A stretch of 63,857 bases of DNA, counting the filler, from Lenisia limosa (Eukaryota > Protista > Breviatea), in assembly GCA_001655205.1 (NCBI GenBank). It is 11 parts of 11 records of this genome, joined end to end, with 100 filler letters (N's around TTAATTAATTAA, not from the genome) between each part and the next. Parts side by side here need not be neighbours in the genome. Positions count along the whole stretch, not along the records: positions 26,213 to 33,064 come from LPNZ01001673.1; positions 33,165 to 37,963 come from LPNZ01003856.1; positions 38,064 to 45,414 come from LPNZ01003253.1; 8 more parts are not named here. One strand, given 5' to 3'. Position 1 is the stretch's first letter; each line of letters begins with the position of its first letter. Made by a program: the position numbers and the translations under genes. The notes beneath the pieces are model-generated. The model was not told where the DNA came from. It saw nothing but the letters and a program-made list of their open reading frames with translations, and ran no database searches. Below, in pieces: positions 26,113-38,639 of this stretch.

Positions 26113-27651
26113 NNNNNNNNNNNNNNNNNNNNNNNNNNNNNNNNNNNNNNNNNNNNTTAATTAATTAANNNNNNNNNNNNNNNNNNNNNNNNNNNNNNNN
26201 NNNNNNNNNNNNCCCCTCCCGCTCCCCCTGGTCTCCCCTCTCCCTTTTTGGGGACAAGAATACTAATGTTGAAGGAAGATAAATACAAATCCCTCTCATG
26301 CGTTGTCTAGTTGCTCTCCACAATTCAACCACGTATGAGTACTCACACGGATTTCTAGTCCCTCCTTGGGCGTTCAAGGTTGGTTTGCTCAAACTATATT
26401 ATATCGATGGGTAAGTTGAATTGTATACATGTATATAATATATCGATATACTATATATATATCATTTGAATTGGAGCTTCCTGGAGTCTTTTCAATTGAT
26501 GGCTCTCTCTCTCTCAATCACTGGTCGCAGAAGTGACTGACCTGAGCTTTGTTTGTTTTGCTGTAACACTTGTGTGTTTCTAGCCAACATAGTTGATTTT
26601 GGGCTTGTTTGTTTCAAATATTCCAATTTACCCCCTGCATTGCATTTTCACCATTTTAGCTTGACGATAATCCCTTCGACTTTGGAACCAGATGGTAAGC
26701 GAAGGATCTTTTTTGTTCTTTTTGACAAGGGAAGTAAAAGTGATAGAATAGGGTTTACTAACATTAAGGAAAATTAATTGAATCAAAATTTAAGCTAACC
26801 CCTCAGGCAAAACTTCAAGCATTTCTGGAGTGAAAGCCCAAGCTATGTATACTCTCAAACGTCACGATATCGTCTTGGCTTCCCCCCTCCTGACTTGCCA
26901 AAGACCTAGATTAGTGGATAGCTTGAGCGGAAGATATTTTTGGGATGTTGTTCAGTTCCTGTAGCCTCTATTTTCATTTTAATGTTTCTTTTTATTTTAT
27001 GGTATTTATTGCAGTGATGAATGTAATCCAAAAACCATGTCAATACCGTGAAAAGTCGATTTATGCTTGAAAAGGAGCCCATATATCCTTTATATTCGAT
27101 TTTTTGATGACTTTATGGTATGAACAAGAGGGGTAAAATTAGTTTGAGATTTCGAGATTCAGCTCGCAGGAAGCTATGAAAATCTTGGGCGGCGTCACGG
27201 GGGTCAAACTTCTCTTATATGCGTGATGACCATACTTTATTTTTTTATTTCTCATTGCAATATTCTGTGTTTCCTTTTTGTCTTTTACACATCAGTGGAA
27301 TCGGGGTATAATTACCAAAATTTTAAATCTGCAAGAACCTTAAATAAAGTGTATTTAGCATCAAGAAACCAAAATCAAACTCCAAAACAAATCAGAAGAA
27401 GCCTTTTTTACTTCGGAATCGGCCGGTTAAGAATTTGGAACACCTTAGTGGCAGCGACACCTGTGTGGGGTGACATGATAACCAGCTATGAAACCATGGG
27501 TTTGTAATTGAAAATAAATGGAAATAGGTGTAGCAATTATAAAAGGGGGTTCGCAAGTAAAGAATGAGGTTCATACAATTAAATTAAACAAAGGAATTAA
27601 AGTTCGCTCAAATAAAAAAAGGAATACAAAACAAAGGAGGAGGGTTTATAA

Positions 27652-30600
27652 TTAAAGTTCGCAATTAAAGACTTGGCGCCAACATGAAGAAGAGGCACAG
27701 AGGTCCTCAAAAGAGACATGCTGGAAGCAGGTGACCCTGGTGTTCGACAGCACTCCATGCACAGCAACGCCAATTTCCGCTAGCGTAGGCGGCACTGGAA
27801 AGTCAGGTGTGGGGGATTAAAATTGAACAAATTATGAAACGGAGTGAGGCGCAGCGTCAAGGAGAATGGGCGGAAGTAGGGTATTTATGGTACCCCTATG
27901 TGTTTATTTTTTTCCTTAGATTTCTAATGTAAATACTATTTCTCTTGTCAAAAAATAAAAGTGAAGCTCTAATTATTCCCCTAGTAGGATATAATACTCA
28001 CATTGCTGCACGGCACTTGGGCTATTGAGGATCTGTCGGATCAGAACGCGAGTGACTTGCGATGACGCTTTATCAAGGTCCCTATCGGAGATATCCTGGG
28101 AGGGGGGGGGGGTAAAATTGGAAAATTTGTGAAAAAAAAAGTTCAAAATCAACTCTGCGTGTCTGTGTGTTGTGTGTATGGGTGGGAAATGTTGCGATTT
28201 TAAAAAAAAAAGAAAAATGTTACCAGAACTCACCAAAAAGAACGACAAACGAGTGGAACTGCAGACGCCAGCAACAGAGAGCCCTGCCTCCCCGAGAGTG
28301 TGCATGGCTGAGACAGTGAATTGAGGAGTTTGTATGTGCTTTATTTTCACCGATTCTATCATTTTTGTTCTCATAAAAATTGATGGATCCATGCAACAAT
28401 CTACATGACGAAAGAGCTATCATATGTTTAATCATATTTTCATAATAATATCGTATCATATCAGAATACAACACAGTCTAAACACCAAGTATTTCACGAA
28501 TTTAACGTTGGAAATATGTCTAAAATCTGTACAAACAAAACAAGCCATCAGGTGACATACCCGTTAATGTGTTGAAAGCAGGTCGGGATGAGGGCACTGT
28601 TACCGCCTGGGGTGTCACAAAGTCAATACAATCCCTTAACAAAGTTTCAAGTATAGGACATGTAAACTCTATGCATGTATTTTGGTCCAAAAATTTATGA
28701 TTTTCTCGTGATAATATAAATATTGATATTGAGGCTCTTCAATAAAGTGATCATACTATGAACAAATATTACAATAAAAGGTCATTTGCAACTACAGACG
28801 GTTTTTTTTTAAAAAAATACCACCATATTTTTTGACAAGCCTATATCATATATGATCTTTGATCCAACCTCATTTGAAATTGGCTTGGCCCGGGTATTCG
28901 CTGCAGGCATCTGGCGTATCCAGCCATTTGAGCGCGAACGCTCATTTTGGCGCTGTTTGTTACGCCAATCTGATGCCTCTGCACGTAATGACGCCTCAGG
29001 AATGCGTGGCGTGGGGGACGGGTACCTGGTTTCAGACGCGGCCGGGGGCGAGGGGGACTTCGGGGTTCCAATGGTGACCCTTTTTTCAGTTGTGTTGGTT
29101 TGCTTCTTTTTTGATGTTTTCAGTGATGGTGCTTCTACTTGTTGGAGCTTTTTGCGGTTTTCTTCCTTCTTTTTCTCTTCTTCTCTTCTCAATTCCTCAG
29201 CCTTCTTCGCTTTCAGCTCTTCCTGTCTTGCCTTTTCTTCTTCTTCCTTCCTCTTTCGTTCTTCCTCCTTTCTTTTCTCTTCTTCCTTAATTTCCGCTTC
29301 TTTCTTCTTTTCTTCTTCCTTCTTTCGCTTTTCTTCTTCCACTTTCCTCTTCCTTTCCTCTTCCTTCCTTTTCTTTTCAGCTTCCTTCTTCTTCTTCTCT
29401 TCCTCTTTCTTCAACCTATCCTCCTCCTTCTTCTTTTTCTCTTCCTCTTTCCTCAGCTTCTCTACTTCTCTTCTCTTCTCTTCGTCCTCTCGCCTCTTCT
29501 TCTCATCCTCAAGTTTTCTCTTTTCCTCCAGTTCATCATCATCTATGTTGTCCTAGGAGCTAAGTTTGGAGTATTTTGAAAGAAATAGAATTACAAAGAG
29601 AAATAACAACGAAGCATAACCTTCCATTATCTGTAAGAATCAGGATTTAACGATAAATCACCCATACATACGGTTCGTGATTAGTACCTTCACGCCAATT
29701 TCTTCATTTAAACTTCCTTTGTTTTACCCCCCGACCCCCGCACTTCAAGAGGCGGCTGCTCATCATCCGAAGGGAGTTCATCAGAAGCCGTAGAAATGGC
29801 TCGGACCGGCTCGGTTTTCTCAGTTTCCTCTCCGGTCTTCTTCTTCTTCCGACGTTTCCTTGACTTCTTTGCCGGGGCAATTTCCTCGAGGACTTTATCC
29901 TATAAGGTTAAAAATGACTATTGTGGGCATTTGGATTATGTGCATATATATCAGATGCTTACATAAGGTACCAAAATGACGGAATATCTCGGAAAATCCC
30001 GGAAAGTATCGATACTTTACCGGTTTTTATCAGAGTGTAGGGAAGCCCTAATTAACACACTAACCTTGGCAGATGCAGGTGCAACAAAGCAGACGGGTTG
30101 AGGGAAAAGATCAAGACTCTCATGGGGGATCACGTTGTCACTATCTCCAATCTGCCCCATTAGAGAATAATATAGATTTTTGATGAAATAAAACGTTAAT
30201 TTTTTCAAATGTTCAATACAACAAAATGCTTATTCATGTGTAGCTACGGACATCCGCTTTCTCAATATTAACGGTTTAACCCCCCCCCCCAAAAAAAAAA
30301 ANNNNNNNNNNNNNNNNNNNNNNNNNNNNNNNNNNNNNNNNNNNNNNNNNNNNNNNNNNNNNNNNNNNNNNNNNNNNNNNNNNNNNNNNNNNNNNNNNNN
30401 NNNNNNNNNNNNNNNNNNNNNNNNNNNNNNNNNNNNNNNNNNNNNNNNNNNNNNNNNNNNNNNNNNNNNNNTGATCCTCGGATTTAATCATGACCTGCCG
30501 TGATGCCTGCAATTTTGTGAGCTGACAATGATGTAAATATATTATATCACATACATTTATATCACATAGTAGTATAATACATAGTACACATATGATATAT

Positions 30601-31970
30601 GATATACTAGTACATTAAGGGGTTCCCTACGGCCCCAAAAAGACCGAATTTCTCGATAAATCCTCGATATGTATCGATATTTAACGGACCGTAGGGAATC
30701 CATATACAATGTGTATACAAATACTGGACGCGATAATTCCTGACATGATTGACTAAAGATAAAGTTCAATATCCGTATCAAGACTGATCGCTAGAAAGTC
30801 TTTTGGTTTAACATTTCACAACAAAAAACCAATAATTATCTTGGTCAACCCCCCCCCCCCCCNNNNNNNNNNNNNNNNNNNNNNNNNNNNNNNNNNNNNN
30901 NNNNNNNNNNNNNNNNNNNNNNNNNNNNNNNNNNNNNNNNNNNNNNNNNNNNNNNNNNNNNACCCCCAACCCACAGGTCCAGGTTTGAGAGTGACAAGAT
31001 TACCGGCACGACTCCAATCCTCAGTAGCCCACTGCGGCTTGTTGTGGCGAAGAGGCGTCTCCGTCTCCCCGGCCTGGGCTGTGAGCATGTGCAGAGGTGC
31101 GGAGTGAAGATAATCTCATATGGGAAAATGATACTTGTCATTTATTATGAGGAATAAGAATTAGGGCTTCACTTTGGTTCAAAAAAAGACGAAATTTTCC
31201 ATAAATCCTCGAAAACTATTGATATTCACCCGAACAGAAGTGAAGCCTTGTAAAGAATATGACCCCGTCAGATAGTAGAATGTAAAGAGGAGGCGGGAAA
31301 AAATATAAGTTAATGTTAATGTTATAATATGCACAGATAGAATAGCAGGAGGGCCCATACCATTTATCATAATGAGAGATGATAATAACAATAGGTTGTA
31401 TCTGGTTGAAGTCGTACACCCCATTAAGCATGGGCTGTTAAAAAGGGGAAAAGTACATAATGAGGATTGAATAGGTAGGTTTCACAATTATGGATGTCAC
31501 AGATAAGTTGAAGGTTCATTATTTGATGATGATAATGATCAGATTGTGAGGAAGGTAAATTGATCAATAGAAATTATTTTACCTCCATGGAGGAATATGA
31601 ATTGGTGATATGTATAGATGAGATGCAACGTTGTAACATTGGGATACTGACAGGGCAACAGCATACCATGAGTTTAATTGGATAGTGGTAGATCTTCTTC
31701 ACACGAGAAAAGCATGTCGATAACACATACACAGTCTCAGGAGGGCTAAACATCTCTAAATATATCAGAATTGCGACACAAAAACATTCAGTTGTACGAC
31801 AGACAACACACGTTTATTACTGGAGAGGATTGCCTGTATATCAAGTGCGACACTGATCCATCCTGCAGGAAGCTTCTTAGCTTCAATAGGAAACTCAGTG
31901 CAGCCATCTGCAACCAGCAGGTTGACTTTAGATGGGAAGAGATCCTGGTCAGCTGGCATTCTTGATTATG
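27652..31970 (-). CDS. Multi-exon hypothetical protein with an NLS-like basic stretch and a long Lys/Glu-rich coiled coil; 5' extent uncertain
   Basis: Exons: GQIGDSDNVIPHESLDLF..., DKVLEEIAPAKKSRKRRKKKK..., DNIDDDELEEKRKLEDEKK...(KEEE repeats)...PKSPSPPA..., FTVSAMHTLGEAG..., DISDRDLDKASSQV..., PPTLAEIG...FNCEL*. All have GT-AG boundaries. Confidence 0.6.
30619..30701. mobile_element. MITE family B copy
   Basis: ggggttccctacggcccc...tctcgataaatcctcgat...ggaccgtagggaatcc. Confidence 0.75.
30739..30786 (+). repeat. Family D short dispersed repeat
   Basis: cctgacatgattgactaaagataaagttcaatatccgtatcaag. Near-identical at 58939-58999 (+) and partly at about 53518-53610 (-). Confidence 0.7.
31164..31248. 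mobile_element. MITE family A copy
   Basis: ta|gggcttcactttggttc...ataaatcctcgaaaactattgat...gaagtgaagcc. Confidence 0.75.
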
Positions 31971-33259
31971 CTGATCAGACGTCGTTATTATTGTATTACC
32001 TAATTACCTATATATGTGTTTTTATGATTAGCTTCAGAAAAGACCATTTGAGAGAATCCAGCTATTTATATAGAGAGTACTGTTATTCCGAAATAGTTTT
32101 GACTGAAAATATAAATGGTTGTTTTATATTATAAACACAATTTAATAGGCTTATTTATTAATAATCCAATTATATATTATTAACGTTAAGGTGTATTTAA
32201 ACTTTTTTGTTCATGTTTTTTTAATAAACAAAACTTAGAGGACTGTGATAAACTGAACTGCGTGGTGCTAGCTTAATATCCTGTCACCAAAATGACAAGA
32301 TTTGTCAGCATTGTCTTCCTGTTCCTTCTAGGTTAGCTATCTCGAAGTACTCTTGCCCAGTAACTGTTTTTATTAGGAATTGGTGGACTTCACGGACTTA
32401 AACTTCGAGGAGAGGACTTTGGTACTAAGTATGATGTCGTCCAAGTTAAGAGAGTAGGTCTTTTGCGTATTTTCATTTTATAATTCTTATAAAAATTCGA
32501 TTAGATAGGAAATTGAGACCACCCTTTTGAGATTTCTCTCTTTTTGTCCAATCACAACTTTAAAGATCAATGTGTGAATCATTTCCGCGTACCTGGCGTT
32601 ATGAAACTTGTTTCATATCAAGCATGTTATATTTGATTTGGATTTCTTTTGTTTTAGAAATATCCTCGGTGATAATTCTCCAAATCTCGAATTTTCTATT
32701 TCACCGACATTCTATTATTACTCTCACTTTCACACTGATTCAATCAAAATTGGGACTCCCTTTTTTGCCTATTATCAACGGAAAAAGCCATCTTTAAACA
32801 TCTCCATGGCTTTCTCCATGACTAGCAAAAGAAGAATACAGCAAGGTGACAACCTTAGGGTCGTGTTGTGCGTGATGACGGACCGCATGGAGTATCCGAG
32901 TCTGGCCTGACTTTCACTGCCTTCAACAAAGACATTACTCTTGATCTTGAGCGTTATGATGACGTACGAGGGGCTGGACAGGGTGAAGAACCGTGTACTT
33001 TATATATTACATTTGTTTTGTTGTTTTTAATTCGCTGGCTGCTTTAGTGCTTAACTTCGCACACNNNNNNNNNNNNNNNNNNNNNNNNNNNNNNNNNNNN
33101 NNNNNNNNTTAATTAATTAANNNNNNNNNNNNNNNNNNNNNNNNNNNNNNNNNNNNNNNNNNNNTCGCCCCCCCCCCCCAAAATTCAAATTATTCGGTTC
33201 GTGATTAGTAACTTTACTCCGATACATTTCATTGAAAGTTCCTTTGTTTTACCCCACAG

Positions 33260-36200
33260 GATGAGGGCCGAATTAAGCTGTCTATCAGATGGGTGTCACA
33301 AAGCACTGGTGAAGACCTTGACCCTCAGAATAGTGGGGCGCTATAAATCGGGCATGTTTCTTAAATGCTTCAGCTGAGTTGATTTGGGGGTTGTATTTTG
33401 TGTGTTGCCAGCCAACATAATTAAATTTGTGCTTTTTGTTCAATATATATTATGTATATTGTCCAATTTCACCCCCCCCCCCAGTTGGAGTGTCTCAAGC
33501 CGAGCAGNNNNNNNNNNNNNNNNNNNNNNNNNNNNNNNNNNNNNNNNNNNNNNNNNNNNNNNNNNNNNNNNNNNNNAACGAGCCCATCGCCCTCGAGGCC
33601 ATTTTGGCGGTCACGTGCGCTGATGTGGGTCTTGGGAGGGGGGGGGTTAAATACCTGCTTCTATGGTTGACATTGATCATTTCAGTGTTTCTGTCTCTTT
33701 CTGTAGATGTTTCTCATGTACAGTTCAACCGACGGATCGTGATGTTCCTAGTTTCAATAGAAACTTACTGCAAAAAAATGACATTTCAGTGCGGACAAGA
33801 CGGCCACCTTGCCTACGAATGCCGTTCAGCCGGCAAGTCTTATGACGTCATGGAGGTGGGGGGATATCTATCGTCTATGATATCTTATAATGTGATAGAG
33901 ATGGGGCTCAAGTTGTATGAATGCATATACTGGATAGATTTGTCTTGATCTATTTATATTCCATTTATATCTTTAATTACAAAACTGTTTTTGAACGACG
34001 TCTTAATAGTGAGACGTCAGATTGCGTCCAATGTTCTTCATTCCACTTTCCCTGCCATTATGACGAATATCGATCGGTTTTCACGCGTTTCAGGGAGCCA
34101 GTTTAACTGAGGAGGAAGTAACCCAGGTGTTTGCCATGGCTAAAAAGGTGTGTTTGCCTCCGCTGATTGGAGCTGGGTAACTAGTTCTTTTTTAAGATAA
34201 AATAAACTTCTTAATACTGTAAATAAAATCTAGGGATGCAATAATACATAGCAATCCCATGAAACAAAATCACCAAACATTTGCGGCACCGCTGCTATAA
34301 TCTCTTTAGTTCTTTTTTTTTTGTTCTTTTTTCAACCCCCCCCCCACCCTCGTGACCGTTCCAGGCCGGATGTCTGAAGCACTTCAAGGAGCGTTTGGAG
34401 TCAATTCGAANNNNNNNNNNNNNNNNNNNNNNNNNNNNNNNNNNNNNNNNNNNNNNNGGTGGGGGTGGTAGATGAAAGATGCTAGCAGAGTTGAATTCGA
34501 TTTTTTTCTTTGTTTCAAACCTGAAATTACGGGACTATCAAGGCATAGTCGCGATAACATGAGTTTTTATTTTTGTTTCATAAATTTTAGATTCCAATTT
34601 TATCCCCCCCCCCCCAGCTTTAACAATCATCGACACGTATGTGGCACAAAAAATGGAGAAGAGGGAAGCGAAAGAAGACAAGAGAAGGGCAAAACAGGAG
34701 AAGAAGGACAGGAAGGAACGCAAGCGCAGACACAAGGAGGTCTGTTCGACTCTTTAGCTCTTGATGTCAGATAATGCATACATTTGCCTGAATCTGTCTT
34801 GTCGGCAGAGATTCCTTTTATTATTTCTCATTTCTACATATTTTCTCCTTCTACTCCTGAATATGGGCCAACTCTCACCTTGTAGGGCGTCTTCACCCCT
34901 TCACCGTCCCCACCCCGTCGCTAGTAAGCTGCCTAGTAGAAATAGTGCATTGTGTTTAGGGATTCACTTCGGTTGGAAAAAACACTGAATTTGTCGATAA
35001 ATCCTCGAAAACTATCGATATCTTCCCGATTTTTTCGAAGTGAAGCCCTAATTGTGATACGACTACTATACCTATTATCTCTGAGAATGTGATGATGTGA
35101 ACGGCTTCGGCCAGATATAGCCTTGTTTTGTTTCTCATCTCGACATACTCCCTTTTGACCCTTCAAAACCGTCGTGTCCACTTGAATTAATATGAAACTT
35201 AAGCCAATACAAGATCGATTTGTAGACGTTTTCACCCAAGCATTTTTTTCACTTGAGCCTTTTTTCACCTAAGCCTTTTTTCACCAACAAGCCGTCGCAG
35301 CCGCTCACCACGCCGCCGGTCCCCTATGAGAAGGTCTAGTCCGATGTATCGCCGACACTCTCCTGACAACAGGAGGTGGGCATACTGAGGATTGCTACTT
35401 GTCTTGTTATTATCTATTTGTCACTTTTGAGAATGATGTGAGTTTTGTTTTGTTGTCAGCAAATTATTGTTGAAGAGCTCTCCACACACACACACACACA
35501 CACAACTCCCTACCGCCCGCTCAATTATATTTAAATGCAGTAAATCATCATCAATGTATAGGTCATATCATATATATATGTGTGTTGTCGAGTATTCTTT
35601 TATACTTTAGACGGTCACGCTCCCCAGTACAAAGACGGCGCTACAGGTCCCCCTCAAGTAGATGGGATGCAGTCCCCACGTTTTTGTTGTTTGTTTTTTT
35701 TCAATCCTCATGTGTTCCCCCTTTTTCATACATTTTCCATATTAATTCTTACGTTTCACCATAGTCTTTATTCAACTTCCCTTTTCCCCCCCCGCTCTAT
35801 AATTAACCGAAGCTCTACGGACCTCCTATCTTGGGCTTCATTTCGGTTTTAAAAAAAGACAGAATCCTCGATAAATCTCAATAAATATCGATATTTTCCA
35901 GGTCTTTTCCAGACCAGAGTGACTTATATCTTGGTTGATTTCTGCGCCTTCAACGAGGTACTTCATATCTCACCACTCCAGGCTCTCCCTCGCCGGTTCG
36001 TCGTAAGGCCCCATCCAGTAGGCTGGCTAAATGAGGGGGTATAAGCGGAGAATGTAACACACAAAATTTGAGAAACACACAAGTGTTAAAAACAACACGC
36101 TGATCATACTTGTTTCACTTCAAAAGACTCCGTCTCACTTCAAAAGACAGTTAATCATGTTTTTCTTTTTACATATTGTACAAACCCACTCCCCTTCCCT

Positions 36201-37790
36201 CACTTTCTCTAACTCCCCAGACTCCCCTCGTCGCCAGCGCCGCTCACCGTCAAGTAAGCTTTGAGGCCGAAACCTGAGGCAAATGATTGGGTGAATTAAT
36301 ATTATACGATAATCCAATATTTCTTAAGCGTAATGATGTGGACGGCTTCAACCAAATGCAACCTTATTTTTTTTCCTCATCTCTGCATAACAATACAATT
36401 GGCCTTCTTTCTGACTTCCAGGCTCACCATCCCCTCGTAAAGGCCGCAGAGCCCCTTCAGGTTGGCCATAATGGGGTACATGGTTTTGCCTCTAATGAAT
36501 GGGTAACGTTGGTGGCCAAACTGAATATGCTTTTCAATATTACATCTGCGAGGCTTTTTTTTTCAATGGGGGGGGGGGCTGTTTTTCATTTTATTTATAT
36601 ATCGTTGATACATACATATGAAGGGGTACCTGTTCCATAAGAGCAGCAGTGTGACTAGTCCAGGATCACCACCCCGANNNNNNNNNNNNNNNNNNNNNNN
36701 NNNNNNNNNNNNNNNNNNNNNNNNNNNNNNNNNNNNNNNNNNNNNNNNNNNNNNNNNNNNNNNNNNNNNNNNNNNNNNNNNNNNNNNNNNNNNNNNNNNG
36801 TCTTCTCCATTGATGGTGCCATGTTATGACAGAGGGATTCCCTGCGGTCCGAAAAAGACCGGTGAAACATCGATTTTTTTCGAGGATCTATCAAAAACAT
36901 TCAGTTTTTTATAAATATTATTATGAGTATCAGTATCCCCATGATCTGCTTTTGATTTTGCATTTCCCCGTTTCTGACTTTGCCAGGCTCCCCTCCGGCA
37001 CGCAGAGGTCGCAGGTCCCCCTCAGGTATCTCTCTCTCTCTTTCTCTGGACAATATCTTATAATATTGATAATTTTTTATTTTGTTTAATATTATGATGT
37101 TCCTCAGAACTCCTTTTCTCAGCCTGGTACAAGGTTAACAGCAGGACAAGACCCTGTAAATATCGATATTTATTGGGTCTTTTTTGGAACCATCACGTAT
37201 TTGGTATTTACCAACAAGCTAACCACCCCAGGCTCCCCACCTCGCAGAAACCGCAGATCGCCCTCAGGTATCTTTTGTAAAAAGAAATAAGAAATGCTAT
37301 CATATCATATATATCATATCTACATTATTAATAATCTAGAGAAATTAATAAATGCATAGGGGAACCCATCATAGGGCTTCACTTCGGTTCGATTGTATTC
37401 TCATTTTCACATTTATGCCATTATTTTGACTGATTTCAGACTCGCCCCCTCGCAGACGGAGAAAGCCTTCAAGTTTGCTTGGGGCTTTGTGAGGCTTTTG
37501 ATAGAATCCTCTGGGCATTTTCTCACCTGGAGGGCGCAGGAAGTGCTTACCATATGGTATTATATATAAAATCCCTCCAGGGATAGAATACCATCTGTGA
37601 TATATTAAAATTAATACGTAGAGAGACCTTAAACCAAAAATTGGCATATTAAAAGCATTATCCCTTGTAAGCGTGATAGTGTGGATTGCTTTGGCCTTTT
37701 TTTTTTCTCATTTCCCAGATGATATGATATTGTACTCTCACTCACACCATGTAGGATCACCCCGTCGCCGCAACAGTCGTTCCCCTTCAA
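33260..37790 (+). CDS. ZCCHC17: ZCCHC17/pNO40-like S1 + CCHC zinc-knuckle protein with a Lys-rich segment and a long SR/SP tail encoded by microexons; partial at both ends
   Basis: DEGRIKLSIRWVSQSTGEDLDPQN matches the S1 C-terminus (...SLSMK.V.Q.TG.DLDP.N). EPIALEAILAVTCAD|CGQDGHLAYECRS forms a CX2CX4HX4C knuckle preceded by I.LEA.L, as in pNO40. Then KEDKRRAKQEKKDRKERKRRHKE and phase-consistent RS exons. Confidence 0.8.
34959..35048. mobile_element. MITE family A copy, intronic, TA on both sides
   Basis: ta|gggattcacttcggttgg...tcgataaatcctcgaaaactatcgat...cgaagtgaagccc|ta. Confidence 0.8.
35833..35925. mobile_element. MITE family A copy, degenerate, intronic
   Basis: gggcttcatttcggtttt...ctcgataaatc...ggtctttt. 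Confidence 0.6.
36310..36382 (+). repeat. Family C repeat, intronic
   Basis: ataatccaatatttcttaagcgtaatgatgtggacggcttcaaccaaatgcaaccttattttttttcctcatctc. Other copies at about 24597, 31383, 35085, 37660, 42452, 48397 and 60091. Confidence 0.7.
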
Positions 37791-38639
37791 GTATGCATCA
37801 GAAAAATACTATTCATATTGTGAAATTAACCATAACATGAAAAAGAGAGTCACAGAAAATTGAATTAACGACAATAATTCGAGTCAACGACAAAATTTTG
37901 GACCTTGAGCATATAATATTATACTATGTATAGTATTGTCTCTTTCTTATACTTTACTCTCAGNNNNNNNNNNNNNNNNNNNNNNNNNNNNNNNNNNNNN
38001 NNNNNNNTTAATTAATTAANNNNNNNNNNNNNNNNNNNNNNNNNNNNNNNNNNNNNNNNNNNNGGACTAAATCTTGCTACTGTTGTCATTTTGCGATGTT
38101 CTTAGATTTGGAATTAAGTTTGCCGAAGTTTCATAGCTTTTGCGATTTTTTTTTTGATTTGGGACCTAAATGTTCCAGAAAGTTCGATACTTGCCTAATT
38201 GGGAAAACAGGGTTGAAAAAGTCGAAAAACGGTCATTTCTCATCATATGACCCTTTAAAACTTCTAATGACGTCAGAAACAGAAAGCCAGAACCCCAAAA
38301 CCCTTAAAATGGTCGAATCGGATTTTGCCTCAGAATCAAAAAAAGTAAATATATATAGGTGGGGGTGCAAAACCTCGACACTGTTTTTTGTTTCGTGTTC
38401 ATGTGGGATGTTTGATGTTCGTGCGACAACTAATTCTGTTCTTTTCGTAATGCAATCTTAGATTAACATTTGTAAAAATATTTCGTGATTAATACAATAA
38501 TATGTAAAGGCTTGTTTTAATTTCTCTTTAAGATGATCAAATCGATATTTCATCGAATGTAATGGTCGGTTTTAGGGCTGATGTTTATTATCGGAACTAT
38601 TGTACTACAGATATAAGGTCCTCATAATTGTCACAACAT

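Noticed and set aside
28852-29579. Plus-strand Phe/Ser/Leu-rich ORFs (234 aa, 146 aa), and similarly 1765..2067 (-)
   Set aside because: They are antisense shadows of purine-rich Lys/Glu coding exons.
33791-33830. CCHC knuckle as a retroviral gag remnant
   Set aside because: It is split by an intron and flanked by ZCCHC17-specific motifs, with no protease, RT or LTR nearby.
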